Shown: in pieces, positions 18,609 to 28,413 of the stretch
Layout of the letters: every line of letters begins with the position of its first letter
How positions within the stretch are numbered: position 1 is the stretch's first letter
Assembly: GCA_964422395.1 (NCBI GenBank)
Contig: CAYRAO010000001.1
Span: 73,530-137,529, forward strand
Direction: 5' to 3'
Origin: an uncultured Clostridia bacterium
Lineage (GTDB): Bacteria > Acidobacteriota > Aminicenantia > UBA2199
Length of the DNA: 64,000 nucleotides
Made by a program: the position numbers and the translations under genes
The notes under the pieces: model-generated
Databases searched by the model: none
What the model was told of the DNA's origin: nothing
The model's input: the letters and a program-made list of their open reading frames with translations, nothing else

Positions 18609-21410
18609 GTGAAAATATCGATACCGATTTCTATATTGTTACTTTGTTCATTCTTAAGTCCTCAGTTCTTCGATACAAATCAATATCCTCCCGGAATTGA
18701 TTGGAGATACATTGACTCTGAATTTTTCAGGATCGTTTTTCCTGCTGAAAATACGGAAGCAGGATTGAGAGTAGCAAATACGCTCGACTATATTTATCCG
18801 AAAATATCCGCCAGAAAAATCGGCAATGGAAAAATAACACTGCTTCTTCCCAATTGCGGGATTTTCTCAAACGGTTATATAAAGTTAGCCCCGCAAAAAG
18901 GAGAATTTTTTTCCACTCCTCCCCAATCAGGATTTATAGGTAACACCGAATGGTATAGTGCTCTTTCCATTCATGAAGGTAAACACATTGATCAATTCAA
19001 CAGAACGAATTCGGGATTTACCAAACTCGGAGGTATCATATTCGGTGATCTCGGGAGATTATTCCTTTCGTTCTTCTCAATTCCCGCATGGTTTTGGGAA
19101 GGCGAAGCGGTTCACGCGGAAACCGTTTTTTCCTCCGGTGGAAGAGGAAGACTCCCGTCTTTTTCCATTGGAATGAGATCGATCCTCCTATCAGGGAAAA
19201 AATATAAGTACGAAAAATCTTACCTCTCTTCCTATAAAGATTATATTCCGAACATTTACCGTCTCGGATATTTTTTGATAACCTATTTAAAGAATAATCT
19301 TTCAAGCAACGGAATGGAAAATATATTAAAACACTCTTCCGCATACTCTTTTTATCCGTTAATATTTTCCTCCGCACTAAAAAAAGAGAGCGGTTTGTCG
19401 GTTCATACACTATATAAAAAAACCATGGATGAACTGAAAAAAAGATGGGAAAATATTGACAAGGGGATTAAGTTAACAAACTTTAAGGAATTCAATCTAA
19501 AACCAAAGAACGGATGGACACTATTTACTTCTCCGATAGAGTTAACAAACGGCAGTATTATTTCCCAAAAATACGGATTATCAGTACCGTTAAGTCTTGT
19601 AATCACCTCTCCGGAAGGAAAAGAGAAAAAGATAACTCAATTCTCAACCATCAGTCACATTAATAATATGCTGTCCGTAAGAAATAATTGTGTAGTATGG
19701 AGTGAACCTGTTAAAGATATTAGATGGGGAAAGAGAAGCTATGCCGAAATAGTTAAGCTTAATATCATTTCGGGGGAGAAAAAGAGGATAACCAAAAAAA
19801 CCAGATATTTCTCTCCTGCACTATCTCACGACGGTAAATTAATTGCAACCGTACATTTTTCAAAAGAGAGAAAATCATCTCTTGTAATCCTGCGATCTTC
19901 GGATGGGAAAAAAATAAAAGAATATGACTCTCCCGACAATTCATTTCTAATAACCCCGTCATGGGATGATAGAAGTGAAAATATAGTAATTATCCGTGTT
20001 AAAAACGGTGAAAGATCAATTACATTATTTAATTTGAAAAAAGGGAACTTTACCGATATTTTAACCTTATCTAAAAATATGTACTCAACCCCTATCTTTT
20101 TTAACGATTATATTTTATACGGTTCACCGTACTCCGGAATAGACAATATATACGCCGTTAATATATCATCAGGGGAACAATATAGAATTACTTCCAGCAG
20201 ATTCGGAGCATTCTTCCCTTCAATCTCAATTGATAGGAAAAAGATCATATATTCGGATTACAACGTTAATGGAACGGATATTGTTTCTGCACCGATTAAT
20301 ATTAGTTCATGGGAACCGCTTAGTGAAGTTGTTGTAAACAGAACGGAATTTTTTAAGAAAAGCAACTATGTTGAGCGGAAGGATTTAACAATTCCGAAAA
20401 ATATCCCCCAAAAGAAGTATAAAATAAAGAAATATAATCATTTTAAAGATATTATTAACTTTCACAGCAGAGTAATCATTCCCGATAGGATCGAACCGGC
20501 TTTTGAGATGTATTCAAATAATCTGATGAATACAATATTTATAACCGGAGGATACCTTTTTAATACAAACGAAAAAAGGGGTAAATTCTACGCCAATATG
20601 ATTTATTCTGGATTGTTTCCGGTAATAAAAATCGGGTTTAGCAGAGGGGGGAGAAATTCCGGCAATCCTCATAATCTTAAATGGGATGAAACAAAAGGAT
20701 TCTTATCCGTTCTTCTACCATTTAACTTTTCAAAAGGGGTATACAATAGGAAAATGAGTCTTGAATCAGAGATATCGACCACAAAGATTTCAGGTAATGA
20801 AAATAAGAACGGTATCAAAATAAAAAACGGTTCAATTGATTCCCTGAAATACAGATTTTCATTCTCAAGCTACAAACATTATGCAAAAAGGGATATAACA
20901 CCTAATAAAGGGATATTTTTATTCGCTGAGTTTGCTCATACACCATGGAATACATTATATAGAGGACAAAAATTATTCATCAAAGGCTCTATGTACTTTC
21001 CGGGAATTTTTAGGCACAACAGCTTGAGATTGAGCATTTCTTATGAAAAACAGGTCCCTAAAAACTTTATTTTTTCAAGTAATATAAACTTTTCCAGAGG
21101 ATATAATTTTAAGTACAGCAACAATCTCATGTTTGCAAATATTGATTATTCATTTCCAATCCTCTATCCGGATCTTGCTATCGGAGATCTGCTGTATTTG
21201 AAAAGGATAAGAGGAACAATTTTTCTTGATCTCGGAAAAGGATACAACAACAACAGTACAATTTATTACAATTCAACCGGAGTGGAGATAAAGGGAGATA
21301 TAAATCTATTTTCGCTACCTTTAAATTTAGAAGCGGGAATTCGTATATCACACAGATTTCAAGATAACTCTTTTATATTTGAACCGATTTTTCTCGGAAT
21401 AAATTTCTGA
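18609..21410 (+). CDS. Large outer-membrane protein with an N-terminal HExxH-containing region, a TolB/PD40-like beta-propeller, and a C-terminal beta-barrel ending in Phe
   Basis: GTG start with a GGGAG RBS. Signal peptide. HEGKH motif. PD40-like repeats (SPALSHDGKLIATV, ITPSWDDRSENIVII). Alternating hydrophobic C-terminus ...FIFEPIFLGINF. Confidence 0.5.
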   Translation: MKISIPISILLLCSFLSPQFFDTNQYPPGIDWRYIDSEFFRIVFPAENTEAGLRVANTLDYIYPKISARKIGNGKITLLLPNCGIFSNGYIKLAPQKGEFFSTPPQSGFIGNTEWYSALSIHEGKHIDQFNRTNSGFTKLGGIIFGDLGRLFLSFFSIPAWFWEGEAVHAETVFSSGGRGRLPSFSIGMRSILLSGKKYKYEKSYLSSYKDYIPNIYRLGYFLITYLKNNLSSNGMENILKHSSAYSFYPLIFSSALKKESGLSVHTLYKKTMDELKKRWENIDKGIKLTNFKEFNLKPKNGWTLFTSPIELTNGSIISQKYGLSVPLSLVITSPEGKEKKITQFSTISHINNMLSVRNNCVVWSEPVKDIRWGKRSYAEIVKLNIISGEKKRITKKTRYFSPALSHDGKLIATVHFSKERKSSLVILRSSDGKKIKEYDSPDNSFLITPSWDDRSENIVIIRVKNGERSITLFNLKKGNFTDILTLSKNMYSTPIFFNDYILYGSPYSGIDNIYAVNISSGEQYRITSSRFGAFFPSISIDRKKIIYSDYNVNGTDIVSAPINISSWEPLSEVVVNRTEFFKKSNYVERKDLTIPKNIPQKKYKIKKYNHFKDIINFHSRVIIPDRIEPAFEMYSNNLMNTIFITGGYLFNTNEKRGKFYANMIYSGLFPVIKIGFSRGGRNSGNPHNLKWDETKGFLSVLLPFNFSKGVYNRKMSLESEISTTKISGNENKNGIKIKNGSIDSLKYRFSFSSYKHYAKRDITPNKGIFLFAEFAHTPWNTLYRGQKLFIKGSMYFPGIFRHNSLRLSISYEKQVPKNFIFSSNINFSRGYNFKYSNNLMFANIDYSFPILYPDLAIGDLLYLKRIRGTIFLDLGKGYNNNSTIYYNSTGVEIKGDINLFSLPLNLEAGIRISHRFQDNSFIFEPIFLGINF

Positions 21411-21423
21411 TCTGAAAAATTTA

Positions 21424-22821
21424 TTATCGGATTTTCTTGATAACCTGTCCGTCCTTTGTATCTTTAATTTCAAAACCCTTTTCTCTGATTATGTCTCTAT
21501 ATTTATCGGATAATCCATAATCTTTCTCCGCTCTCGCCGTTTTTCTTTTTTCAACAAGGGCTAAAATGTCCTCGGGAATCATAACTTCCTCTTCTTCGAG
21601 AAGATTCAGACCCAATACTTGATCAAAATATTTTGTAATCTCAAGTTTTTCAATAGATCCTATATTCTTATCCTTTATCATATCATTCAGCAATGCAAGC
21701 ACCTGAGGGATATTTAAATCATCATTAATACTCTTTTTAAAAGACTTAAGATAAAATTCTGTTCGATTCCCTTCATTATAACTTGTTCTACTTTTCTTTA
21801 TCTCAGCAATTCGACTCTTCAAGTTTTTATATCCCCGACTTGCACCTTCCATAGCCTCCCAACTGAACATAAGTTGTTTCCTATAATGGGCTCCAAGACA
21901 TAAGAATCTGAATGATAGAGGGTTATATCCTTTATCAATTAAAAATCGGAGTGTTAAAAAATCACCCGAACTCTTAGACATTTTCCCCTTATCCATGACA
22001 AGGAATTCTCCATGTAGCCAATATCCGACCCATGGTTTTTTCCCGAATGCAGCTTCCGCCTGAGCTATTTCATTCGTATGATGGACAGGAATATGGTCAA
22101 TCCCGCCGGTATGAATATCAAATTGTTCTCCAAGATATTTTGAACTCATTGCACTACACTCAATGTGCCACCCCGGATATCCGACACCCCACGGGCTATT
22201 CCACTTCATATCCTGATCTCCAAATTTTGACTTTGTAAACCATAAAACAAAATCGGTATCATTCTTCTTATTAACGTCTATTTCGGTTCTTACTCCATGT
22301 TGTAGTTCATCCAGTCGTAACCGAGCCAGTTTACCGTAATCCTCTATTTTCGCAGTATCAAGATAGAGATTGCCTCCTGAAAAATAAGCAAACCCGTTCT
22401 TTTCTATCTTCTTCTCCATGTTTATCATTTCATCAATATGATCTGTAGCTCTACAAATAATCTCCGGTTTTTGAATATTAAGCAATGATATATCACTAAA
22501 AAATGATTTTTCATAATATTTTGCAATATCCCATACACTTTTATTTTCTCTCTTTGCTCCAGCCAACATCTTATCTTCACCCTCATCCGCATCGCTGGTT
22601 AAATGACCCACATCGGTAATATTCATTACATGTTTGAGTTTGAAATTGTTTAACAAAATCACGCGTCTTAAGAGATCGTTAAAAACATATGTCCTAAGAT
22701 TACCGATATGAGCATAATTATAAACGGTGGGTCCGCAGGAATACATTCCAACTTCCCCGGATTCTATCGGGACAAACTCCTCTTTACTACGTGTCAGCGT
22801 ATTATAAAATCTCAATTTCAT
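21424..22821 (-). CDS. cysS: Cysteine--tRNA ligase
   Basis: HIGH motif (AHIGN) and KMSKS motif. Typical length of 465 aa. Confidence 0.95.
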   Translation of the reverse strand: MKLRFYNTLTRSKEEFVPIESGEVGMYSCGPTVYNYAHIGNLRTYVFNDLLRRVILLNNFKLKHVMNITDVGHLTSDADEGEDKMLAGAKRENKSVWDIAKYYEKSFFSDISLLNIQKPEIICRATDHIDEMINMEKKIEKNGFAYFSGGNLYLDTAKIEDYGKLARLRLDELQHGVRTEIDVNKKNDTDFVLWFTKSKFGDQDMKWNSPWGVGYPGWHIECSAMSSKYLGEQFDIHTGGIDHIPVHHTNEIAQAEAAFGKKPWVGYWLHGEFLVMDKGKMSKSSGDFLTLRFLIDKGYNPLSFRFLCLGAHYRKQLMFSWEAMEGASRGYKNLKSRIAEIKKSRTSYNEGNRTEFYLKSFKKSINDDLNIPQVLALLNDMIKDKNIGSIEKLEITKYFDQVLGLNLLEEEEVMIPEDILALVEKRKTARAEKDYGLSDKYRDIIREKGFEIKDTKDGQVIKKIR

Positions 22822-22954
22822 TTAGTTAGCCTTAACAAAACTATTTTGGGAATGATTATAAAGGAATATGTCACTCATTTCAATTAACAATTATATTATG
22901 TAAAAAGTGAGATATCTTTGGTTGATCTTCTATATATTGAATGATGCAATTTTC

Positions 22955-22988
22955 ACGAAAACGAATATTTTTAACGAAAACGTATTGT
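22955..22988 (+). promoter_or_regulatory. Tandem direct repeat ACGAAAACG(A/T)AT upstream of the lipoprotein array; possible regulator binding site
   Basis: cACGAAAACGAATATTTTtaACGAAAACGTATTGT lies about 45 nt upstream of the 23031 start. Confidence 0.2.
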
Positions 22989-23030
22989 AAACAAAATTGC
23001 AATCTGATATAAAATATAAAAGGAGGAAGT

Positions 23031-23378
23031 ATGAGAAAAAAATTAACGATTTTATTGGTAGTGACATTATTTATTACAATGATGTTTAGCACGGGATGCA
23101 AAAAAAAGTTTGATATTCAGGGTATTTGGACAGTAAGTTATACATGGTCAAATTCAGGAACCGGAACCACTACAATCACATTCACAGGCAGCAAAACTTC
23201 CGGCACATTCAGTTCTCAGAAATACACGGGAACATACACTGTTAACGACAAGAGTGTTACTTGGAGATATACATCAGGTACAACATACACAGGTACATCA
23301 ACAGATGATAACAACATGAGTGGTACAATGATAGGCCATAAAGGTGGTACCGGCACTTGGACTGCTGTAAGAAAATAG
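23031..23378 (+). CDS. Small Thr/Gly-rich lipoprotein, tandem paralog 1 of 3
   Basis: Lipobox MMFSTGC. GGAGG RBS. Conserved blocks YTVNDKSVTW, NMSGTM and GGTGTWTAVRK are shared with copy 2. Confidence 0.6.
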   Translation: MRKKLTILLVVTLFITMMFSTGCKKKFDIQGIWTVSYTWSNSGTGTTTITFTGSKTSGTFSSQKYTGTYTVNDKSVTWRYTSGTTYTGTSTDDNNMSGTMIGHKGGTGTWTAVRK

Positions 23379-23412
23379 CAGATTAATTAAGTTAGTTAAA
23401 AAAGGAGGAAAG

Positions 23413-23766
23413 ATGAGAAAGAAATTAACGATTTTATTGGTAGTGACATTATTTATTACAATGATGTTTAGCACGGGATGTAAAAAGAAATTTGATATTC
23501 AGGGTACCTGGAATTTAAGTTTTATCTGGTCAAATGGTACCCATGGAATCTTAGCACTCACGTTCACCGGAGGTAAAGAATCCGGATCATTTTCACATAA
23601 AAACATAACATTGGGAACATATACTGTTAACGACAAGAGTGTTACCTGGAAGTATTCATTGGTAAACACTGTGTATACAGGGGCATCAACCGGAGATAAT
23701 AACATGAGTGGTACAATGGTATCATTTAACGGCGGAACAGGCACTTGGACTGCTGTAAGAAAATAA
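23413..23766 (+). CDS. Small Thr/Gly-rich lipoprotein, tandem paralog 2 of 3
   Basis: The first about 90 nt (including the RBS) and several internal blocks are nucleotide-identical to copy 1; the middle is divergent. Confidence 0.6.
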   Translation: MRKKLTILLVVTLFITMMFSTGCKKKFDIQGTWNLSFIWSNGTHGILALTFTGGKESGSFSHKNITLGTYTVNDKSVTWKYSLVNTVYTGASTGDNNMSGTMVSFNGGTGTWTAVRK

Positions 23767-23795
23767 CATTTTAGTTAAATATATCCATAAAAAAG

Positions 23796-23824
23796 GGGGG
23801 ATAGAGATATCCTCCTTTTTTTTA
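23796..23824. terminator. Rho-independent terminator (bidirectional-looking: A-run, GC stem, T-run)
   Basis: AAAAAA-GGGGGGATA-gaga-TATCCTCC-TTTTTTTT, immediately after lipoprotein copy 2. Confidence 0.55.
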
Positions 23825-24000
23825 ATATTAACTCTTAATTTTTTAAAACTTCTTTTCATAAGAAATGCAATTTAATAAATTTATTTTTGTAATGGTTTAG
23901 CTTAATACCTGATCTAATCGGAAATAAAAAAAATTTTTTTCCAAAAAATTATTGAAAAATACTTCTAATTTTGATAGAAAGTGTTTAAGGGGGAACCAAA

Positions 24001-24366
24001 ATGAAGAAGAGATTTATAGTTTTATCGGTAGTAGTACTATTTGCTACAATGATGTTTAGTCCTGGATGTAAGAAAAAAGAGGAGGGTGTCACAGCCAAGT
24101 TTGACATAACCGGAACTTGGACTCTCGTTTTTAAATGGACTAATCAAGCTGCAAAAACCGGTACAATAGTTTTCACAGGAAGTGCAACTGCAGGTTCGTT
24201 TGTATTCAACAACTATAAAAAAGGTACTTATACCGTAAACGGGAAAAACGTTTCATGGCAATATACAGTTGGAGCAAAATATACCGGAACATCTACCGGA
24301 GATAAAGCCATGAGCGGAATAATGAAAAATGGCGGTTTGAGCGGCACTTGGACTGCTACAAGATAG
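24001..24366 (+). CDS. Small lipoprotein, divergent paralog 3 of 3
   Basis: Lipobox MMFSPGC. It shares the GTWT..., YTVNGKNVSW, MSGIM and GTWTATR pattern with copies 1 and 2. Confidence 0.55.
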   Translation: MKKRFIVLSVVVLFATMMFSPGCKKKEEGVTAKFDITGTWTLVFKWTNQAAKTGTIVFTGSATAGSFVFNNYKKGTYTVNGKNVSWQYTVGAKYTGTSTGDKAMSGIMKNGGLSGTWTATR

Positions 24367-24388
24367 TTGAAGAATAAAAAAAACATAA

Positions 24389-24413
24389 CACTGGAGGGCT
24401 ACTCCCTCCGGTG
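24389..24413. terminator. Stable GC-rich hairpin between convergent genes (likely terminator, mainly for minus-strand folP)
   Basis: CACTGGAGGG-ctact-CCCTCCGGTG: a 10-bp stem with one G·U wobble. It is preceded by an A8 run, which gives a U-tract on the minus strand. Confidence 0.45.
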
Positions 24414-24493
24414 TACATGCTACATTAATTAGATTTTCACTTACACTTATGTGTAAAAATGAAATAAGTTTTAGTGATTACTTTTCGAAAAAG

Positions 24494-25324
24494 CTATAAT
24501 AAATTTTTTAAAACTTTTAGTGATTTGACACAATTTTCCACATTGTGAACTCTAAGTATTGAGGCACCGTTAATTACAGATATCAGGTTCGCAGTAATTG
24601 TTTCGCTTTCCCTTTTATACGGATGTTTTTCACCGCTTATTTCACCAAGAAATGATTTTCTGGATATCCCCATCATGATCGGAAGATTAAAATTCTTAAA
24701 ACTTTTCAAATCTCGAATAATATTAATATTATCTATTAATCTTTTTCCGAAACCGATTCCAGGATCAATGATTATTTTTTTTCTATCGATCCCTTTTGAT
24801 ACGGCAAAAGCTATCCTATCTGTAAAATAATTTTTTATCTCTAAAACCACATCGGAATAGAACGGGTCTTTCTGCATATCAGAAGGAGAACCCTTAATAT
24901 GCATAAGAATTACCGGAACATTTAGTGCGGCAATAATTTTCGCCATATTATCCGAAAAAGATAATGCTGAGATATCATTGATGATATCGGCACCGGCTTC
25001 ATTTACCGCCAATTCAGCCACACGATCTTTATAAGTGTCAATTGACACAAGGATATTAAATTCCTTCTTAATCTTTTCTATCACCGGAAGAACTCTGTCA
25101 ATTTCGGAATTAACATCAACTTTAGTAGCTCCCGGTCGCGTACTTTCCCCCCCGACATCAATAATTGAAGCTCCTGAATTAATCATCTTTTCCGCTTGAA
25201 AAATTGCCGAATCAAATTTGACAAATTTTCCACCGTCAGAGAATGAATCGGGAGTCATATTAAGAATGCCCATTACTATAGGTTCTTCAAACTCCTTTGT
25301 ATTTTTACGAAGGTATAACTTCAT
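24494..25324 (-). CDS. folP: Dihydropteroate synthase
   Basis: Pterin-binding domain motifs (NMTPDSFSDGG, GGESTRPGA). Confidence 0.9.
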   Translation of the reverse strand: MKLYLRKNTKEFEEPIVMGILNMTPDSFSDGGKFVKFDSAIFQAEKMINSGASIIDVGGESTRPGATKVDVNSEIDRVLPVIEKIKKEFNILVSIDTYKDRVAELAVNEAGADIINDISALSFSDNMAKIIAALNVPVILMHIKGSPSDMQKDPFYSDVVLEIKNYFTDRIAFAVSKGIDRKKIIIDPGIGFGKRLIDNINIIRDLKSFKNFNLPIMMGISRKSFLGEISGEKHPYKRESETITANLISVINGASILRVHNVENCVKSLKVLKNLL

Positions 25325-26076
25325 TTGATACTAATTTTTTTTACGCTACTTACATTAATCCAACCTGCTGTTTCGGAAGAGGCAGTAACTTGAATCCAAT
25401 CTCTATTTGTATCGATAATGTGAACCGTTACTCCGGGACTAATTTCAAATAGGACCGTATTATTCATACCCGGACCGCTTCTTAACTTTGCCTCACTATT
25501 AACTATTACAGCATAATTCTCATCGTAAAAACCATTAACACGATGGACATGATAAAAGAACAATATGAAGAGAAAACAGAATGATAGCAATATACCGTAG
25601 ATATTTATTTTATTCCGACCCACCCTTACTAATTTAAATATAAAAAAACAAAATATTAATAATACGATCAATAATAAAATTGATAGAAAATTTATAGTAA
25701 ATACTGACTCTATCCTTTTTAATAAAACCGATAAAAAACCTGGATCAGACAATCTGATGTTATTGTTTAACATCCCTTCAACAATTTGTAGATTCTGTTT
25801 AATTGAGTCATCAAAAGGTTTTAGTTTTTTAGCTTTAAGATAATAAATTTTTGATTGTACAAAATCACCTAATTTAAAATATGTATTCCCTAAGTTGTAG
25901 TATACCTTCCAATTACTAATATTCTTTGAAATTTTAAGATATTGTTCCAAAGCTTTATTATATTCACTCTTTTCATAATGAGAATTACCTTTTTCAAACT
26001 CCGAGATAGGATCAAATGCACTTAAAAAAAACATGGAAATAGACGTTAAAACAATCGCAAAATATAACTTTTTCAT
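25321..26076 (-). CDS. BatE-like protein (TPR repeats, TM, C-terminal bacterial SH3 domain)
   Basis: TPR region, a hydrophobic segment, and an SH3b-like C-terminus. It is the last gene of the Bat-type cluster. Confidence 0.5.
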   Translation of the reverse strand: MKKLYFAIVLTSISMFFLSAFDPISEFEKGNSHYEKSEYNKALEQYLKISKNISNWKVYYNLGNTYFKLGDFVQSKIYYLKAKKLKPFDDSIKQNLQIVEGMLNNNIRLSDPGFLSVLLKRIESVFTINFLSILLLIVLLIFCFFIFKLVRVGRNKINIYGILLSFCFLFILFFYHVHRVNGFYDENYAVIVNSEAKLRSGPGMNNTVLFEISPGVTVHIIDTNRDWIQVTASSETAGWINVSSVKKISIK

Positions 26077-27818
26077 TTTAATTTCGAATCTATCCTTTTT
26101 ATTATTCTTTTCAACTCGGAGATCTCCCTTTCCAATTGTAATGGAGTTTTAATAGTTGATCCTGAAAATCTTGATTGCTCAGACTCCTGTCTAATCCTTA
26201 AAAACTCTTTAGTATCAACTTTACTTACTCCTGATGAATAAAAAATATTCTCAATCTTAACAACATTTATTTCAGATCTGCTAATTCCTGTTTTTCTTTC
26301 TATATACTCTTCAATAATTTGAAATATTTCAGCAAACCCTTTTACATTATCCAAACGATTTAGTAAATTCTGAACAACTCGCTTTCTTATTATTTTTTCA
26401 TTCCCGAGTATAAACCGCTTTACAAAATATTCATAAATCAGAAACGCTACAATGCCAATAATAATCAGAAACAGGAACACCCTGAAAATCACAGTCTGAT
26501 AAATAAATATTTTTTGATCATAAATTGTTCCGGTCTTTATAAAATTAATATCAGAACCCTTTTTTAATATAGTTCCAATTCTATTGTTTACATTGGAGTC
26601 GGATATCTCCTTAACTCCCGATACAAATACTTCTATTTTCTTACTCTCTGTAGTTTTTGTTTTTGATTCAACCGGATCAAAATATTCAAATTTAAGTGCA
26701 GGTAAAGTAACTGTTCCCTTTTCATTAAATGAAACCGGAACTTCCGCCGATACATATCCTTTTATTCCGTTATCCGTATAATAGATCTTTCTTGATATTT
26801 TTGAAGGAAAAATCTTAAATCGATCACTGCTTTCAAATTCAGGAATCTTTAAGGTTTTTATATTTCCTGAACCTCTCACTTTTATATTGACCGATAAAAG
26901 TTCGTTAATATCAATCGAGTTATTTTCAACATCCACTGTAATTTTAAAACGTCCGATAGGAAGATTCCCGTTTGAATTATCCAAAACATCAATTATTATA
27001 GGATTTGTAACTCTTGTAATTTTTTCCGGTGTTGAGAAGAAAGAAAAAGAACCGTCCCGCATAAATAATTCAAATTTGAGAGAAGGGATTTTCAGTTTCC
27101 CCGATTTTGTAGGAAACAATGCAGCTTTTCTAATCTCGAATACAACATATTTCTTGCCATCAATAATTTCTTGCCTGCCATCTATTGATTTTTTTACCGG
27201 ATACCATTCCTGCCAGAATCCGGGAAAAGACTGACCGGAAACAAGATTAACCGATTCAATTCTGTTTGTTGAATATAGCAAAACTTTATAAATTAATTGC
27301 TCTCCTTGTCGAACTCTCCTTTTATTTATCCGTGCTACAGTTTTTATGTTAATTTCACGAGGAGCAGACCGAAACGGTTCATAAGACGGGAAATCCGAAT
27401 CAAAAATAGATCTCCTTTTTCTCTTTGGAGCAACTTTCTTTACACTTCCCTTAACTGCAACTATTTTAATTGATTCCGTTTTATAAACATGATTATTGTG
27501 AACATATTTGAGAGGTGGAATTATGAGAATACCTTCCTTTAGCGGTGCAAGATAGTAAACGAAATTAACATAAGTTGAAGAAACACCGTTAATAAATTTA
27601 AACTCTGAACTTCTTGAAGTTTGAACTATTCTGAAATCCGCAATTGATTCAACATCAGGATGTGATGGATTCTGAATCCCTTTAAAAGTTACCGTATATA
27701 TCAAATAATCATTTAAACCTATTGTCTCGGCATCAACAGAAGCACTAAACTCAATTTCATCTCCAATTAGAGGGAAAACGAAAACAAATATTAGTAAAAA
27801 TCTAAATAGCTTGATCAA
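26073..27818 (-). CDS. BatD-like protein
   Basis: 581 aa with an N-terminal signal and a C-terminal TM. It sits between the BatC-like and BatE-like genes, and its overall architecture matches BatD. Confidence 0.5.
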   Translation of the reverse strand: MIKLFRFLLIFVFVFPLIGDEIEFSASVDAETIGLNDYLIYTVTFKGIQNPSHPDVESIADFRIVQTSRSSEFKFINGVSSTYVNFVYYLAPLKEGILIIPPLKYVHNNHVYKTESIKIVAVKGSVKKVAPKRKRRSIFDSDFPSYEPFRSAPREINIKTVARINKRRVRQGEQLIYKVLLYSTNRIESVNLVSGQSFPGFWQEWYPVKKSIDGRQEIIDGKKYVVFEIRKAALFPTKSGKLKIPSLKFELFMRDGSFSFFSTPEKITRVTNPIIIDVLDNSNGNLPIGRFKITVDVENNSIDINELLSVNIKVRGSGNIKTLKIPEFESSDRFKIFPSKISRKIYYTDNGIKGYVSAEVPVSFNEKGTVTLPALKFEYFDPVESKTKTTESKKIEVFVSGVKEISDSNVNNRIGTILKKGSDINFIKTGTIYDQKIFIYQTVIFRVFLFLIIIGIVAFLIYEYFVKRFILGNEKIIRKRVVQNLLNRLDNVKGFAEIFQIIEEYIERKTGISRSEINVVKIENIFYSSGVSKVDTKEFLRIRQESEQSRFSGSTIKTPLQLEREISELKRIIKRIDSKLK

Positions 27819-27822
27819 TAGT

Positions 27823-28413
27823 CTACCAATCCTTTGTTTTTCTTGAATTTGAGGCTTTCCTCTTCACTTTCTTCATCTGATCCTTGTCCTTTTGACTCAG
27901 ATAATTCATAATATTCTTGTATTTTTTATTTTTATCCTGCCTCTTTTTATCTTTTTTCTTCTCTTTATCATCTTTTTTTTTATTCTTATTCTTTATCTTT
28001 TTAAGAGTGAGTTCAAAATTTTTTTTAGTGTTAACATCATCAGGGTCTGACATTAAACTCTTTTTATAATTTTTCAAAGCCTCCTTATATTTATTCAACC
28101 TAAAGAAAGTATTACCCAAGTTGTAAAAAAACTTAGAATTATCAATCCCTGCTTTTTCGGGATTAATCTTTGAAAACTCTTCAAGTGCTTCCTGATATTT
28201 GTTCAGATTATAAAGGGCTGAAGCGGTATTGTTTTTCAACTCCGAAGATTCGGGATTTAATCCCTTCGCCGATAAAAATTTTTTTAATGCTTTGTTAAAA
28301 AGCTTTTCTTCGTACGCTTTTATTCCATCACTATTTTTTCTTGCAACAGGCTCAAACCAATGCCAGTTTACAAACAAAATCGCCAATAAAATTATAATCG
28401 GTTTCTTTTCCAT
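27823..28413 (-). CDS. BatC-like TPR protein with a highly basic Lys/Asp-rich tail
   Basis: Signal or TM segment, TPR repeats, and a KKKDDKEKKKDKKRQDKNKK tail. Confidence 0.5.
   Translation of the reverse strand: MEKKPIIILLAILFVNWHWFEPVARKNSDGIKAYEEKLFNKALKKFLSAKGLNPESSELKNNTASALYNLNKYQEALEEFSKINPEKAGIDNSKFFYNLGNTFFRLNKYKEALKNYKKSLMSDPDDVNTKKNFELTLKKIKNKNKKKDDKEKKKDKKRQDKNKKYKNIMNYLSQKDKDQMKKVKRKASNSRKTKDW

Noticed and set aside
18958-18975. HExxH (HEGKH) in the large outer-membrane protein as proof of metalloprotease activity.
   Set aside because: A pentapeptide can occur by chance in a 933-aa protein, and no downstream third zinc ligand was confidently identified. It is kept only as a hypothesis in the findings.
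23880-23990. A/T palindromes (for example GGAAATAAAAAAAATTTTTTTCC) in the spacer before lipoprotein copy 3 as a regulatory hairpin.
   Set aside because: Pure A/T homopolymer symmetry is common in AT-rich DNA and would form a very weak structure. It is more likely promoter-region AT-richness.
23031-24366. Diversity-generating retroelement (DGR) as the cause of variability among the tandem lipoproteins.
   Set aside because: There is no reverse transcriptase gene and no template repeat nearby. The variation is between paralogs, which is more consistent with duplication or gene conversion.
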